Notes: a model not told the origin generated them from the letters alone. 64,000 nt of DNA from an uncultured archaeon (GCA_964421955.1 CAYQYU010000001.1:32001-96000); one strand, 5' to 3'. Counted from the stretch's first letter, positions 52,631-62,296 are shown. Translations and numbers: made by a program.

Positions 52631-54496
52631 TCACCCAACTTCCTCTTCAAGTATAGGATCATAAACTTTGTCTTTGTGCGAGTAGTAGGGGTAGTAAACC
52701 TCTTTCACCGACGCTTCGGGGAGTTCCTTCTCGGCCTCCACCGCATCGATCTCGTAGTCGATGAGTTTGTCTGCTTCCACCTTTTCCTCCTGAATATCGA
52801 TCTGGAAGACCGAATCCTCGATATCCAGCGAGTCCTGTGTCACCCTTCCTTTCTGCCTGAGACTATCGATCAGCGAGGTGACCTTCGCAAGCCCCATACC
52901 TGTCCGGTCCACGAGCTCACTCTTTGAAGCTCCCTGGCTCACAAGATCCAGAATTTCAGCCTCCTCACCTGAAACTTCTGGTTGCTCGGCCTTGATGTCA
53001 CCCGAGGTGCCGTCAATGAGCACCTTCTTCTTGCCGTTATCCAGCAGGTAGAGAGGGTAATAAGCCACAGAGTACTTCTCTCCTGTCTCGGCCTCCCGCT
53101 GTCTCAACTCCGTTGTTGGCGGGAAGAGCTCTATATTCTCCTTTTCGACGTACTCCTGCGATGTCTGGGTCTCACCACCGTGCTTTGAACGGCGAGTTCT
53201 GACGTCAGTCATCACAGGATACTCGTTGCCGAGCACGAACGCAACGCCTGGTGGAAGCGACTTGATCATTGACTCTACTTCAGAGGTGACTCCTTCAAAA
53301 GACTTCGATATAGCACTGAGATCGTTAGGATTCGTCACGCGTAGAATAAACTGGGTATTGCATTGTGAAAGCACGTTTTTGTCGATTCTCGCAGGCCTCT
53401 GGGACACTACACCGAGACCGAGGCCAAACTTCCGTCCCTCCGACGCAATCTTACGCAGAATCTTGTTGCTCAGCGCCTGTTCAAATCCCTTCTCCGGAGC
53501 AAAGTTGTGTGCCTCCTCGATCACCATCAGGAACGGCGGTATCTCGTTCCGCTTCCTGAGATCGAACAAACGCTTCGCGAGCATGTACATGGTCATCTCC
53601 GCAGTCTCAGGTTCAACCGCCTTCAGGTTGACGATGGTGGCCTCGCCGGGTTCAACCATGTTCTCCAGATCGATCGGGTTCTCGCTCATCAGTCCGGACT
53701 CCTCTATCTGCTCCAGCGAGTTCAGGAGGTTCCACTTCGCAGTCGACTCCTCCTGGGACACCGCGTCCATGATGTCCATCAGGTTGTAGTCTTCGTCTTT
53801 TTCTCTGAGACGCTTCAGCGCGTTGTAGAGCACCCCCATCTGGGAGTTGGTCAGCGAGTCAGGGATGATATCCATAAGCTCCTTCTTCTCAAGGTTGACC
53901 GACGAGAACGAGATCGGCAGCGCATCAGAGTTAATATCCGTGTTCGGCGACAGCTCCGTCGCCTTGTATCCCTCGCCTTCCTCCGACTCAGGATTGGGGT
54001 GTCTCAGAGACGAGTATTCTCCATGCGGATCAATTATGAGCACAGGATAGTCTTCCTCGAGCAGCTCCTCGATGAGAACGCCCGTGAGATAGGATTTTCC
54101 GGCACCGGTCTGCGCGAGAACCGCAAAGTGCTTGTAGAAGTCCTCCCCGTCCACCATGATATCTATATCCGGGTTGGTCTCTAGGTTGCCTATCTTCAGT
54201 CCGGCCTCGTTGAGGCCAAGTGTATCCGAAATTAGCTCTTGATCGGCACGGTAGACAATCGAGTCCGGTTCAATAACCCGGCGAGGCGCTTTTGTGAGAC
54301 CCTTGTCGCGGTACCCGATGATATTTGCGTTTGCGATTGTCTCACCGTCCGGGTGTTTGGTGACCTCTTCGACCTGGCCGAGGATCCAGGTTTCGTTGCT
54401 CTTCACGGAGATGAAGTCGAACTTCTTTACCTCCTCTGTGGCACGAAATTCGAATGAAGAAGTGTCGACATCTCCCTGGATGGTTCCTAGCTGCAT
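52631..54496 (-). CDS. HerA/FtsK-like ATPase (HAS barrel + DUF87) with C-terminal extension
   Basis: AVLAQTGAGKS, IIDPHGEY, VIEEAHNF, EGRKFG, SQRPA. Confidence 0.9.
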   Translation of the reverse strand: MQLGTIQGDVDTSSFEFRATEEVKKFDFISVKSNETWILGQVEEVTKHPDGETIANANIIGYRDKGLTKAPRRVIEPDSIVYRADQELISDTLGLNEAGLKIGNLETNPDIDIMVDGEDFYKHFAVLAQTGAGKSYLTGVLIEELLEEDYPVLIIDPHGEYSSLRHPNPESEEGEGYKATELSPNTDINSDALPISFSSVNLEKKELMDIIPDSLTNSQMGVLYNALKRLREKDEDYNLMDIMDAVSQEESTAKWNLLNSLEQIEESGLMSENPIDLENMVEPGEATIVNLKAVEPETAEMTMYMLAKRLFDLRKRNEIPPFLMVIEEAHNFAPEKGFEQALSNKILRKIASEGRKFGLGLGVVSQRPARIDKNVLSQCNTQFILRVTNPNDLSAISKSFEGVTSEVESMIKSLPPGVAFVLGNEYPVMTDVRTRRSKHGGETQTSQEYVEKENIELFPPTTELRQREAETGEKYSVAYYPLYLLDNGKKKVLIDGTSGDIKAEQPEVSGEEAEILDLVSQGASKSELVDRTGMGLAKVTSLIDSLRQKGRVTQDSLDIEDSVFQIDIQEEKVEADKLIDYEIDAVEAEKELPEASVKEVYYPYYSHKDKVYDPILEEEVG

Positions 54497-54585
54497 CAGT
54501 AATTTTTGAGTCAGTTACTCAGATTCATAAATTCGTTGGCACTCCAGGGAACTGCTTTTAAGAGTCCGCTACCAGACGTTGATAC

Positions 54586-55026
54586 ATGAATCTCAAACTC
54601 TCCGAGAGCTTCCAGAAGGACCTGATGTTCCTTGGAGGCATCCTGCTCTTCATCGTTCTGGCCGCGGGAGCCAGTAATCTCATGACCTCCGACGACCCGG
54701 TACGTGTCGGAATGGTCGAGATCGAGACCTACTGTGCTGGTATTGACGCGGGAGTATGCCTCGGACTCGAGAGGAAGAAACACGTGACCTACAATTACGA
54801 TAACTACGAGGATGCAGAACCGGGTACGCCGAACTACTACAGGAAGGTCGAATCCGAGTTAATGGCCCGCGCCTACAACACCTGCTCGGAAGATGTTACA
54901 GGCATGGAGTGGGCCTCAGAGGTCGAGTACGACGGACAGACCGCGGAGGAATGGTTACAGAACGACAACATACAGCTTCTGCCGTGCGAGCAAACTTTCT
55001 ACCGCAACCTGACAGCCAATCCATAA
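54586..55026 (+). CDS. Small Cys-containing membrane-anchored protein (paralog of 45398..45772)
   Basis: N-terminal TM, CAGIDAGVCLG, GMEWA, IQLLPC. Confidence 0.75.
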   Translation: MNLKLSESFQKDLMFLGGILLFIVLAAGASNLMTSDDPVRVGMVEIETYCAGIDAGVCLGLERKKHVTYNYDNYEDAEPGTPNYYRKVESELMARAYNTCSEDVTGMEWASEVEYDGQTAEEWLQNDNIQLLPCEQTFYRNLTANP

Positions 55027-55068
55027 ATTAAAAAGCTTTCCGCGAATCTAACGGTAAGGCGACCCAAA

Positions 55069-55566
55069 ATGCCAGAGGACTCAGATTACGTTGAGACGAC
55101 TTTTGTAGCACTGAAGCCTGATGCGGTTAAACGCGGAATAGTTGGTGAAATAGTATCCACAATAGAGAACGCGGGTTTCAAGATCTCCGGCATGAAGATG
55201 GTCCAGGCCACTGACCAGCTTCTTGAAAAGCACTACGAGGAGCACGTCGACAAGCCTTTCTACGACGGTCTCGCAGAATACATGCAGCAAGGACCAATAG
55301 TGGCACTCGCGATCGAGGGAGTCCACGCGGTCGAGAACATGAGGAAACTGGTTGGTGACACAAGCGCGAAGGACGCCGACCCATCAACGATCAGGGGTCG
55401 TTTCGCCCACATGTCGATGGAGCACGCAGATGAAGCCGGAAGGCACTACAAGAACATCATCCACGCAGCGGAAGACCTTGAAGCTGCGGAGCGAGAGCTT
55501 GAAATCTGGTTCTCGGACGACGAGCTTCACGATTACAGGCACGCCCACGAGGAGGAGGTAAGATAA
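55069..55566 (+). CDS. ndk: Nucleoside diphosphate kinase
   Basis: TFVALKPDAVKRG, KHYEEH..KPFY, PSTIRG, NIIHA (catalytic His). Confidence 0.96.
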   Translation: MPEDSDYVETTFVALKPDAVKRGIVGEIVSTIENAGFKISGMKMVQATDQLLEKHYEEHVDKPFYDGLAEYMQQGPIVALAIEGVHAVENMRKLVGDTSAKDADPSTIRGRFAHMSMEHADEAGRHYKNIIHAAEDLEAAERELEIWFSDDELHDYRHAHEEEVR

Positions 55567-55778
55567 TGACAGAGAAACGGCTCTACAGGTCGGAGACCGA
55601 TAGAATCCTCGGCGGAGTCTGTGGAGGTATAGCAGAGGTATACGATTTCGATCCCGCACTGGTCAGAATAATCGCGCTTCTGCTGATTTTCAGCGGGATT
55701 TCACCACTGGTCTACCTTATTGCGTGGCTGATTATACCTACGGAGAGCAAGGTCAAGAGCCGAGGAAATGAAGAGTAG
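55566..55778 (+). CDS. pspC: PspC domain protein
   Basis: KRLYRSETDRILGGVCGGIAE…DPALVRI…YLIAWLIIP. Confidence 0.93.
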   Translation: MTEKRLYRSETDRILGGVCGGIAEVYDFDPALVRIIALLLIFSGISPLVYLIAWLIIPTESKVKSRGNEE

Positions 55779-55790
55779 TGATCTTCAGGG

Positions 55791-55919
55791 ATGGATGATA
55801 TCGACGTAAAAAAGGCTGCAAAAATCGGGTTCGGTTTCGGAATAGGCTTTTTCGCAGCAGGTATTCTTGTATCGATAATCGGTTTCTTGCTCTACATCCC
55901 TGTAATGCTAGGCCTGTAA
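55791..55919 (+). CDS. 42-aa small membrane protein (below ORF-track cut-off)
   Basis: MDDIDVKKAAKIGFGFGIGFFAAGILVSIIGFLLYIPVMLGL*; fills the gap after pspC. Confidence 0.65.
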   Translation: MDDIDVKKAAKIGFGFGIGFFAAGILVSIIGFLLYIPVMLGL

Positions 55920-55953
55920 AACCGGTATAGGACTAAAATTGAACGCTGACGCA

Positions 55954-57603
55954 CTAATCCCTGACTAGATTCAGGAGTTTCTGCACATCGATCTCGAAGC
56001 CCGCAACCTTTCTGTCGAGCCCCCAGTTTTCCACCACACTGTTAGAGAACTCGCCTATGACTCCTACATGTTCCCCTTCGAACATGATATCTCCGGAGCG
56101 ATCCTGGCGGAAACATTCTTTCCCGGAAGATTCAATCTCAAATTCGACTCCGAGTTCACGCCCCAGAACCTGTAAAACCTGCCGTACATCAGTGTAGCCC
56201 ACTCCATTGTCCGAGTGAACATATGCTAGCTTCCTCTTGTTCGAAACACCTACCGCAGAGTTGTCGAGTTCGGAAACATCCGCGACCTCGAAGAACTTCT
56301 GCGGGTAGCTCCTGTGCCTATTCCGGCCGAGCACCTCCATAAGCGACGGCAGTAGCCAGTTCCTCACAGCGGTATAATCCTCAGTTAGGGGGTTCGACAT
56401 AGAGGCGATGTCTTCCTCCTCTAAGCCCATCTTTTCGAACAGCTTCTCCCTGTTTGAAAGGATGTAGGTATGAGCCTCCAGAGCCCCGGTTCCCTGGAAA
56501 ATATCTCTCAACAGCCGTGTATAATTCTCGACCGGTTTCTCGTTACCGATCTGGTCGGCCTCCGGCAGCTCTGGCTCTATATTATCGTATCCATGGGCTA
56601 TCACCACGTCCTCTATAACATCATACTGGTGCATCACATCGTTCCTGTAGGCGGGCACCTCAACAATGATCTTCCTCTTTTTCTTCTTCGCGCCGAACTT
56701 CATCCTCTCCAGCCGCTCGACAATCTCCTTCCCGTCGAGTTCAAGTCCGGAGACCTTCTGGAAGTACTCGATATCAAGCTCCCGCTCCTCCGGTTCGAGA
56801 TCCGGCATTACAGTGCCGTCGACACCCACTGCCTCTATCTTTCCTCCTCTCTCCGCCAGCGCAGTCGCAAGGATATTCAGGGCCTTCATAACTGTTTCAC
56901 GATCCTTTCCTGTAACATCGATGAAGATGTCCTGGGTTCCTGCAGAAACTTCTGTGAGCTGGTTGTTAATGATAGGCGGGAATGAGAGTACACGGTCTTC
57001 CGCATCCACAATTATAGGGTAGCGGTCCTCGTCCTCCAGTATCCAGGCGTACTCCTGTCCTTTCTCGTGCTCTTCGAGAATCTCCCCGAGCTGCATCTCT
57101 CTGTCATACTCAAGCGGTTTGAAAGATACTTTCTCGGGTTCGACCGCCCTGTATGTGAAAGGAGGCTCAACAGCGTCAAGGTCATGGAGGCCGATAGCGA
57201 GCTTGTCACGCCTTCTACCCATCGATTCATGGAGCTTCTCCTGTAGCTGTATCAGTCCGTTGATCATCCTCTCTGAAAGCTCCAGATCACGGACAACCGC
57301 ACCGCCGATGTAAGGTCTTACGTCTTCAACCGAATCTTCAATCCTGATCTCCGTGCTGCCGTCCCGGATCCTGTATTCGTCCAGACCCTGCTCCAGCCCG
57401 AAGAATCCTCGATACGCGCGGGCAAGACCCTCCACTGACAGAAGGTCGGGACGGTTAGGATAGACCTCCACGTCCCACTTTTCGCCTTCTACGTGGTTCC
57501 AGTGCGCGCCCAGGAAAGACGCCTTTTCGTGGAGAAGCCGCTCATCAACCTCATTCTCCATTAGACTGTCGAACTCCTTCTTGTTTATTTTGATATGTGA
57601 AAT
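55954..57603 (-). CDS. pheT: Phenylalanine--tRNA ligase beta subunit (start probably ATT at 57603; first ATG at 57561)
   Basis: PNRPDLLSVEGLARA, IQLQEKLH…RRDKLAIGLHD, LSFPPIIN, VPAYRNDVMHQYDVIED. Confidence 0.95.
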   Translation of the reverse strand: MSHIKINKKEFDSLMENEVDERLLHEKASFLGAHWNHVEGEKWDVEVYPNRPDLLSVEGLARAYRGFFGLEQGLDEYRIRDGSTEIRIEDSVEDVRPYIGGAVVRDLELSERMINGLIQLQEKLHESMGRRRDKLAIGLHDLDAVEPPFTYRAVEPEKVSFKPLEYDREMQLGEILEEHEKGQEYAWILEDEDRYPIIVDAEDRVLSFPPIINNQLTEVSAGTQDIFIDVTGKDRETVMKALNILATALAERGGKIEAVGVDGTVMPDLEPEERELDIEYFQKVSGLELDGKEIVERLERMKFGAKKKKRKIIVEVPAYRNDVMHQYDVIEDVVIAHGYDNIEPELPEADQIGNEKPVENYTRLLRDIFQGTGALEAHTYILSNREKLFEKMGLEEEDIASMSNPLTEDYTAVRNWLLPSLMEVLGRNRHRSYPQKFFEVADVSELDNSAVGVSNKRKLAYVHSDNGVGYTDVRQVLQVLGRELGVEFEIESSGKECFRQDRSGDIMFEGEHVGVIGEFSNSVVENWGLDRKVAGFEIDVQKLLNLVRD

Positions 57604-59009
57604 TACGCATCACCTCCCGTCTTGTCCGGCCTCCATGCTGGCGTCTGTTCAAGTATTTCGATGTCGTTCCTGTAGAGTTCACGGATATCTTCAAGTCCTG
57701 CAGACTTCATCGCTATTCTCGGTATCCCTAGGCCCCAGGCGAGAACCGTAGCCTCGAATCCCAGCATCGGTTTCACCACTTCCGGCCGGAACATTCCCGC
57801 GCCGCCGAGCCCCACCCATTCCTGGTCTTTCTCATCCCACACATGCACCTCGACACTCATCTCGGTGTAGGGGAAGTAGCTCGGGACTAAACGGAACTCC
57901 TCGAACCCCATTTTGCTGAAGAACTCGCTGATGTAACCCTTCAGGTTCGTGAACGACAGGTCTTTCCCGACGACTATGCCGTCGGTCTGGTAGAACTCTG
58001 CGAGATGGAAGCGGTCGACTGTCTCGTTCCGGAAGTTCCTGGATACTGTAAAGAACTTCTTCGGCAGCTCCTCTTCATTTACATCGATCTCATGTATCCT
58101 CTGTATAGAGACCGCAGTAGTATGTGTCCTAAGAACATTCTTCTTTGCCTCCTCCAGCGACCAGTCGTATCCCCAGCCTCTTGAGCCTGTTTCCCAGCCG
58201 TTTTCATGCGTCTGCTTCACGTGATCGACCTTGTCTCCATAGCTTGAAAGGTCCGCTTCCGCAGGATCTTCCATGAAGAATGTGTCATGCATCTCCCTTG
58301 CAGGGTGGTCCTGGGGGGTATAGAGCGCGTCGAAGTTCAGGAAGCTCGATACTATGAAGTCGCCAGACATCTCCTGGAAGCCCATTTCCAGCCACTTCAT
58401 CCTTGCCTGATCTATTATGTCCTTGTAGAAATGTTTCTTGCCGATACGCGGGGTCTTCACCGATGCCTCGACATTAAAGTCCTCGTCGATTTCGCCCAGT
58501 TCTACCGACTCACCCTCCGCAGTGATCTCGATGACTCTCTCCGTTTTTTCCCGGGTTCTTACCAGCCCGCGTTCTTCAAGGTCGGTATCGTAGTTCCGGG
58601 ACTCCAGCTTCTGCCGGACAGGATCGCTGTCAAGATTCTCCCTGCCTTTCCTGGTGAGCGATGCCTCGCCGTCCTCGAGCCTCACCCACGATTTTTCTCT
58701 CGCTTTCCCTAAAGCTACGTCGAGATCAAGGTCTTGGAGATCAGAAAGTTCTCTGGATTCATCTTCGAGCCTCTGCACCAGCTGGTATTCCGGGGAACCG
58801 TGCTCCAGAACATCTCTGCCCGCGTCGGTAAGTTCGTGCGTTAGTTCATCCTCTTCCTGTATCTTCGCGAGCCCTTTCTCTTCAAGTTCCAGCCCGGCCC
58901 TGTGAACCATCGACTGGTCGTATCCCTCTTTCTCGAGATCCTCAATCTTCAGGGAACTCTTCTGCTTGAGCTCCTCCAGAATCTGGATTGCCTGGCTTGA
59001 AAGCTTCAC
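57603..59009 (-). CDS. pheS: Phenylalanine--tRNA ligase alpha subunit
   Basis: NFDALYTPQDHPAREMHDTF, LRTHTT, FRNETVDRFHLAEFYQ, YFPYTE, GMFRPE, AWGLG. Confidence 0.97.
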   Translation of the reverse strand: MKLSSQAIQILEELKQKSSLKIEDLEKEGYDQSMVHRAGLELEEKGLAKIQEEDELTHELTDAGRDVLEHGSPEYQLVQRLEDESRELSDLQDLDLDVALGKAREKSWVRLEDGEASLTRKGRENLDSDPVRQKLESRNYDTDLEERGLVRTREKTERVIEITAEGESVELGEIDEDFNVEASVKTPRIGKKHFYKDIIDQARMKWLEMGFQEMSGDFIVSSFLNFDALYTPQDHPAREMHDTFFMEDPAEADLSSYGDKVDHVKQTHENGWETGSRGWGYDWSLEEAKKNVLRTHTTAVSIQRIHEIDVNEEELPKKFFTVSRNFRNETVDRFHLAEFYQTDGIVVGKDLSFTNLKGYISEFFSKMGFEEFRLVPSYFPYTEMSVEVHVWDEKDQEWVGLGGAGMFRPEVVKPMLGFEATVLAWGLGIPRIAMKSAGLEDIRELYRNDIEILEQTPAWRPDKTGGDA

Positions 59010-59040
59010 GTCTGGAGTAAAACAGTGAATTCTTTAATAA

Positions 59041-59736
59041 TTACGCAGTCTCAAGTACTGCGGCAGCCACTATCAGCACAACTCCCAGTGCAACCAGTTT
59101 CAGCAGGTCGAGCCATGTATCCTTCTCGAAATGTTCCCTGTACATCGCGGCAGACATCATCGTGCCCGCGATCCCGGCAATGATAAATCCCAGCATCTCC
59201 AGCGATGCGTGTGGAACGTACGCGAGCGGTAGCACCGGGGTCTGCTGGAAGATATCCGCGAGAAATACTCCGAGAACCGAGGCGTTCCAGGTCAGTATGA
59301 AAGATCCCGCGGAACCAACTACAACTGCTACCGTAAGTATCCCGAGGAAAACTATGATGTTGTTCAGGAATATCGAGCCGAAGGAAACAGGGTTTACAGC
59401 GTTACCGGTCGCGCCTATTATCTGGTTCTGTAGCTGGAAAACGTCGCTGAAATAGAGAGCCATTATGAAGAATGCGACGACCTCTCCAAGGAAAACCGAT
59501 CCGTAAACCATGATCTCAGGTATGTGAGGTGCGGAGTTGTTTTCGCGTTCCAGGAAGTAACTTGTAAGAGGATAGATCAGCGGTATTGCGGCGAACATGA
59601 CCCCGACTATGTCGGCCTCCGAGGGGAAAAGCCACCTCGCGGCCGCAAAGCCCGCGAGTCCGGAGAGAAGGCCTAGACCCACGAGAAGGGCAAAGTTCTC
59701 CTCTTCCTCCTCTCTCAGTATAAGCTCCGGGAGCAT
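59041..59736 (-). CDS. SpoIIM-like membrane protein
   Basis: IFLNN…ILTWNASVLG…PHASLEM; start probably ATG 59736. Confidence 0.8.
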   Translation of the reverse strand: MLPELILREEEEENFALLVGLGLLSGLAGFAAARWLFPSEADIVGVMFAAIPLIYPLTSYFLERENNSAPHIPEIMVYGSVFLGEVVAFFIMALYFSDVFQLQNQIIGATGNAVNPVSFGSIFLNNIIVFLGILTVAVVVGSAGSFILTWNASVLGVFLADIFQQTPVLPLAYVPHASLEMLGFIIAGIAGTMMSAAMYREHFEKDTWLDLLKLVALGVVLIVAAAVLETA

Positions 59737-59802
59737 GTCAAGGGCTTGACATTGCCAGTTTAAAGCATTTATCAAACAGGCAAGAACACCCTCCCTGAGG
59801 AC

Positions 59803-60117
59803 TCAGTCCAGGTTCTCCCAGTCCTGGAGCCAGTGTTCTACACGCTCTCTTTCACCGTTCCGAGCCCCGGTCAGGTCACAGTAGTAGTCGACCAGCGCTT
59901 CCTCCTCTGCAGGGTCCACAGTTGCGCCGCTGGGACGGTAAAGACGTGCCGTGCTCACGTCCTCCAGGATAACTATTGCACCCGTTTCACCAGCCCAGTG
60001 GATCTTGGAACCGGGCTCAACCGGCCTATAGTCCGGGTTCTCAAGCTCTGTTAGTTCTCCAGGAGCCTCTGCATCCGGATTCTCGAGATAACCCTCAAGA
60101 CAGCGGTATCCATTCAT
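59803..60117 (-). CDS. Hypothetical acidic protein
   Basis: 104 aa with perfect SD GGAGGTGA 6 nt upstream and a TTTAAA box. Confidence 0.7.
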   Translation of the reverse strand: MNGYRCLEGYLENPDAEAPGELTELENPDYRPVEPGSKIHWAGETGAIVILEDVSTARLYRPSGATVDPAEEEALVDYYCDLTGARNGERERVEHWLQDWENLD

Positions 60118-60179
60118 TGATTCTCACCTCCTTTCTTACCTCTAAAGGTTTTAAACCAGTCGGAAACAGAAGATAGGCA

Positions 60180-60340
60180 TTAGTCACTTGGGAGCCCACA
60201 TCGGAGCTCCCTGGATAAATTGGCGGTTGACCACCCTGTCTGAAAATCTGAATACACGTACGCGAGACGTGCTAAGAGCCGTCCCGGCACCAGCCGGGAT
60301 TACCAGGCAAATTGGCGGTAAAACCCTTCGGCAATTTTAG
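60180..60340. ncRNA. Candidate structured non-coding RNA (family unknown)
   Basis: ORF-free gap with several hairpins and a repeated AAATTGGCGGT. Confidence 0.35.
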
Positions 60341-60397
60341 CTCTCATACTAGGATTCTGGAGCAACTCAGGCTTAAAAAAGGTTCGGAACTCTGGTC

Positions 60398-61492
60398 TCA
60401 AATGTCGTTCTCCTCAACGTACTGTTCGACCTTTTCCCGGGCATCTTTTCTCTTCTGCTGGTGCTCGACAAGGAACTCTTCTATGCGGTCCTTCGCTATC
60501 TGTTTGAGTTCCCCGGAAAGCATCTCGCCGGACTTGTATTCCTGCTTGATGCGTCCCAGTTCATCATCGTCCCGGATCAGGTGGAACGCGAGCAGCTCGA
60601 AAACCATGTCCTCTTCAATCTTCGCACCCTTCTCTCTGTGCTCCTCCAGAGTATCGCGGCCGCCAGTCTTGGCCTCGTCTATCTTTTTCTTCGCCGCCTC
60701 GACCGAGTCAGTCAGTGCGATGTACGACTTCGGATTGCTCGAAGACATCTTCCCACCCTGTAGTCCGCGCATGAACTTGTTGTAGGTCGACGCGGGCTTG
60801 TAGAAGTCGAGGTCGCGGAACTTTCTAGCGACCTCACGGGTCAGTCTTATGTGAGGATCCTGGTCGACACCTACAGGAACCACTGTCGGTTTCTTGCCTC
60901 CTTTCTCCGGGAACTGCGGCCTCAGAATATCGGCGTACTGGGTCAGCGCAGACGCAATCTTTCCAGGCTCCGCGCTTCCATAGGTTGCCTCAACTTCGTT
61001 CTGGGTTAAATAGCGGGAGAACATTTTGCTCCTCACAAGGTGGTCGTTACCCGCCTTTGACTGGAAGTAGAAGTCCATTTTGTCAAGATCTATTCCCAGC
61101 GCTATGTAGTTCGTTAAGTACTCCTTTATCGCGGTCTCTCTGGCATCCTCGAGAGGTATTTCCCTTGTAGCGTATGACTCTATATCCGCGACGGTTAAGG
61201 TCAGGCGGGCGCCCATGTCCTGGTACATCTTCATCTGGTCGACCACAATTTTGTGACCGAAATGGGCGTCTCCCGACGGCATTATACCTGTTATAGCCGC
61301 CACTTCTTCTCCGTCTTCCCTGGAATCGAGAAATTCTTTCATGCCGCGGTGGCCGAAGATTATGCCTCTGGTTATGTACCGGTGGTCAGGCATCCTGTCC
61401 GCGATCTCATCTATAGGCGAGATACCGAACTCTTCCATCTTCTGCTTATAGTCTCCAAGTTCAACGTCTCCCCATGGGTCTATCTCTGGCAT
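60398..61492 (-). CDS. trpS: Tryptophan--tRNA ligase
   Basis: TGIMPSGDAHFGH (HIGH), VPVGVDQDPH, GGKMSSS, AKTGGR. Confidence 0.96.
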   Translation of the reverse strand: MPEIDPWGDVELGDYKQKMEEFGISPIDEIADRMPDHRYITRGIIFGHRGMKEFLDSREDGEEVAAITGIMPSGDAHFGHKIVVDQMKMYQDMGARLTLTVADIESYATREIPLEDARETAIKEYLTNYIALGIDLDKMDFYFQSKAGNDHLVRSKMFSRYLTQNEVEATYGSAEPGKIASALTQYADILRPQFPEKGGKKPTVVPVGVDQDPHIRLTREVARKFRDLDFYKPASTYNKFMRGLQGGKMSSSNPKSYIALTDSVEAAKKKIDEAKTGGRDTLEEHREKGAKIEEDMVFELLAFHLIRDDDELGRIKQEYKSGEMLSGELKQIAKDRIEEFLVEHQQKRKDAREKVEQYVEENDI

Positions 61493-61522
61493 ATGTAGGT
61501 AAGCGGCTAGAAGAATTTTAAA

Positions 61523-62296
61523 TCAGAGGTTGGAGGGAATCTCTATACTCTTCGCCTTCAGGCCGATTATATCCTCGTAGCCGTTGGTCGACATCAGGAC
61601 GGGATAGAAACTCTCACCCGCCCGTAACTCTTCGCCATCTTTTCTCGCAAAGACTTCTCCCTTTTCAACCAGTTCAAAGTTCCTGCCTAGGAACTCGTAT
61701 CCCTTTCCGGGAACATCTTCGATGTACTCGTAGAATTCTGGATCCGACCTCTCGAACTCCGCATCTATAACTCCCTCGGATGCAAGAAAATTGACCAAGA
61801 TTTCATAGGCCATCTCGGCCGCCTCCTCAGTTCCCTGCGGACCCACCTCGACTATGACTCCTTCCGCACAGGTTCTAGTTGTTCCAGAACTCTCGGGAAA
61901 ACGCACCGCATTCGGGACACCAGTGGATCTCACCATCGAAATCACCGTGTCATCGAGCTCCGAAAAGTTTGTGAACGGTACTGGCTGGGAACGTGTGGAG
62001 TGAATGTCCAGCAGTTTCGTGCCTTTTATCTCCGCGTTTATCTCGGCTGCCAGACGCTCCTCATATAAACCACTTTCTGGATTGCCTGGAAAAGACCGGT
62101 TGAGATCTGTATCTATGAAACGTGTGTCTTTTTCGAGTGCTTTCTCGTTCGCGATAACGAACTTTACAGGGATTTTGACGTTCCAGCCCTTAGAAAGAAA
62201 CCGCTCGATAGCCTTCTTTCCACAGGGCTCGTCGCCGTGTACCGAGCCCACAACACAGTACTCGGCTTCTCCATCTCCAAGTTTCTCTACCTTCAT
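61523..62296 (-). CDS. Succinylglutamate desuccinylase/aspartoacylase family (M14) protein
   Basis: VHGDEPCG, RFIDTDLNRSFPG, LDIHST, VEVG. Confidence 0.9.
   Translation of the reverse strand: MKVEKLGDGEAEYCVVGSVHGDEPCGKKAIERFLSKGWNVKIPVKFVIANEKALEKDTRFIDTDLNRSFPGNPESGLYEERLAAEINAEIKGTKLLDIHSTRSQPVPFTNFSELDDTVISMVRSTGVPNAVRFPESSGTTRTCAEGVIVEVGPQGTEEAAEMAYEILVNFLASEGVIDAEFERSDPEFYEYIEDVPGKGYEFLGRNFELVEKGEVFARKDGEELRAGESFYPVLMSTNGYEDIIGLKAKSIEIPSNL

Noticed and set aside
55455-55480. NDK inactivation because HAAED replaces the usual HGSDS/HASDS
   Set aside because: Catalytic His and other core motifs are intact; likely a lineage variant
60160-60340. 5S rRNA, SRP RNA or RNase P RNA
   Set aside because: Their conserved cores (e.g. 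CCGAAC, the SRP helix-8 GGAA motif, GAGGAAAGTCC) were not found on either strand
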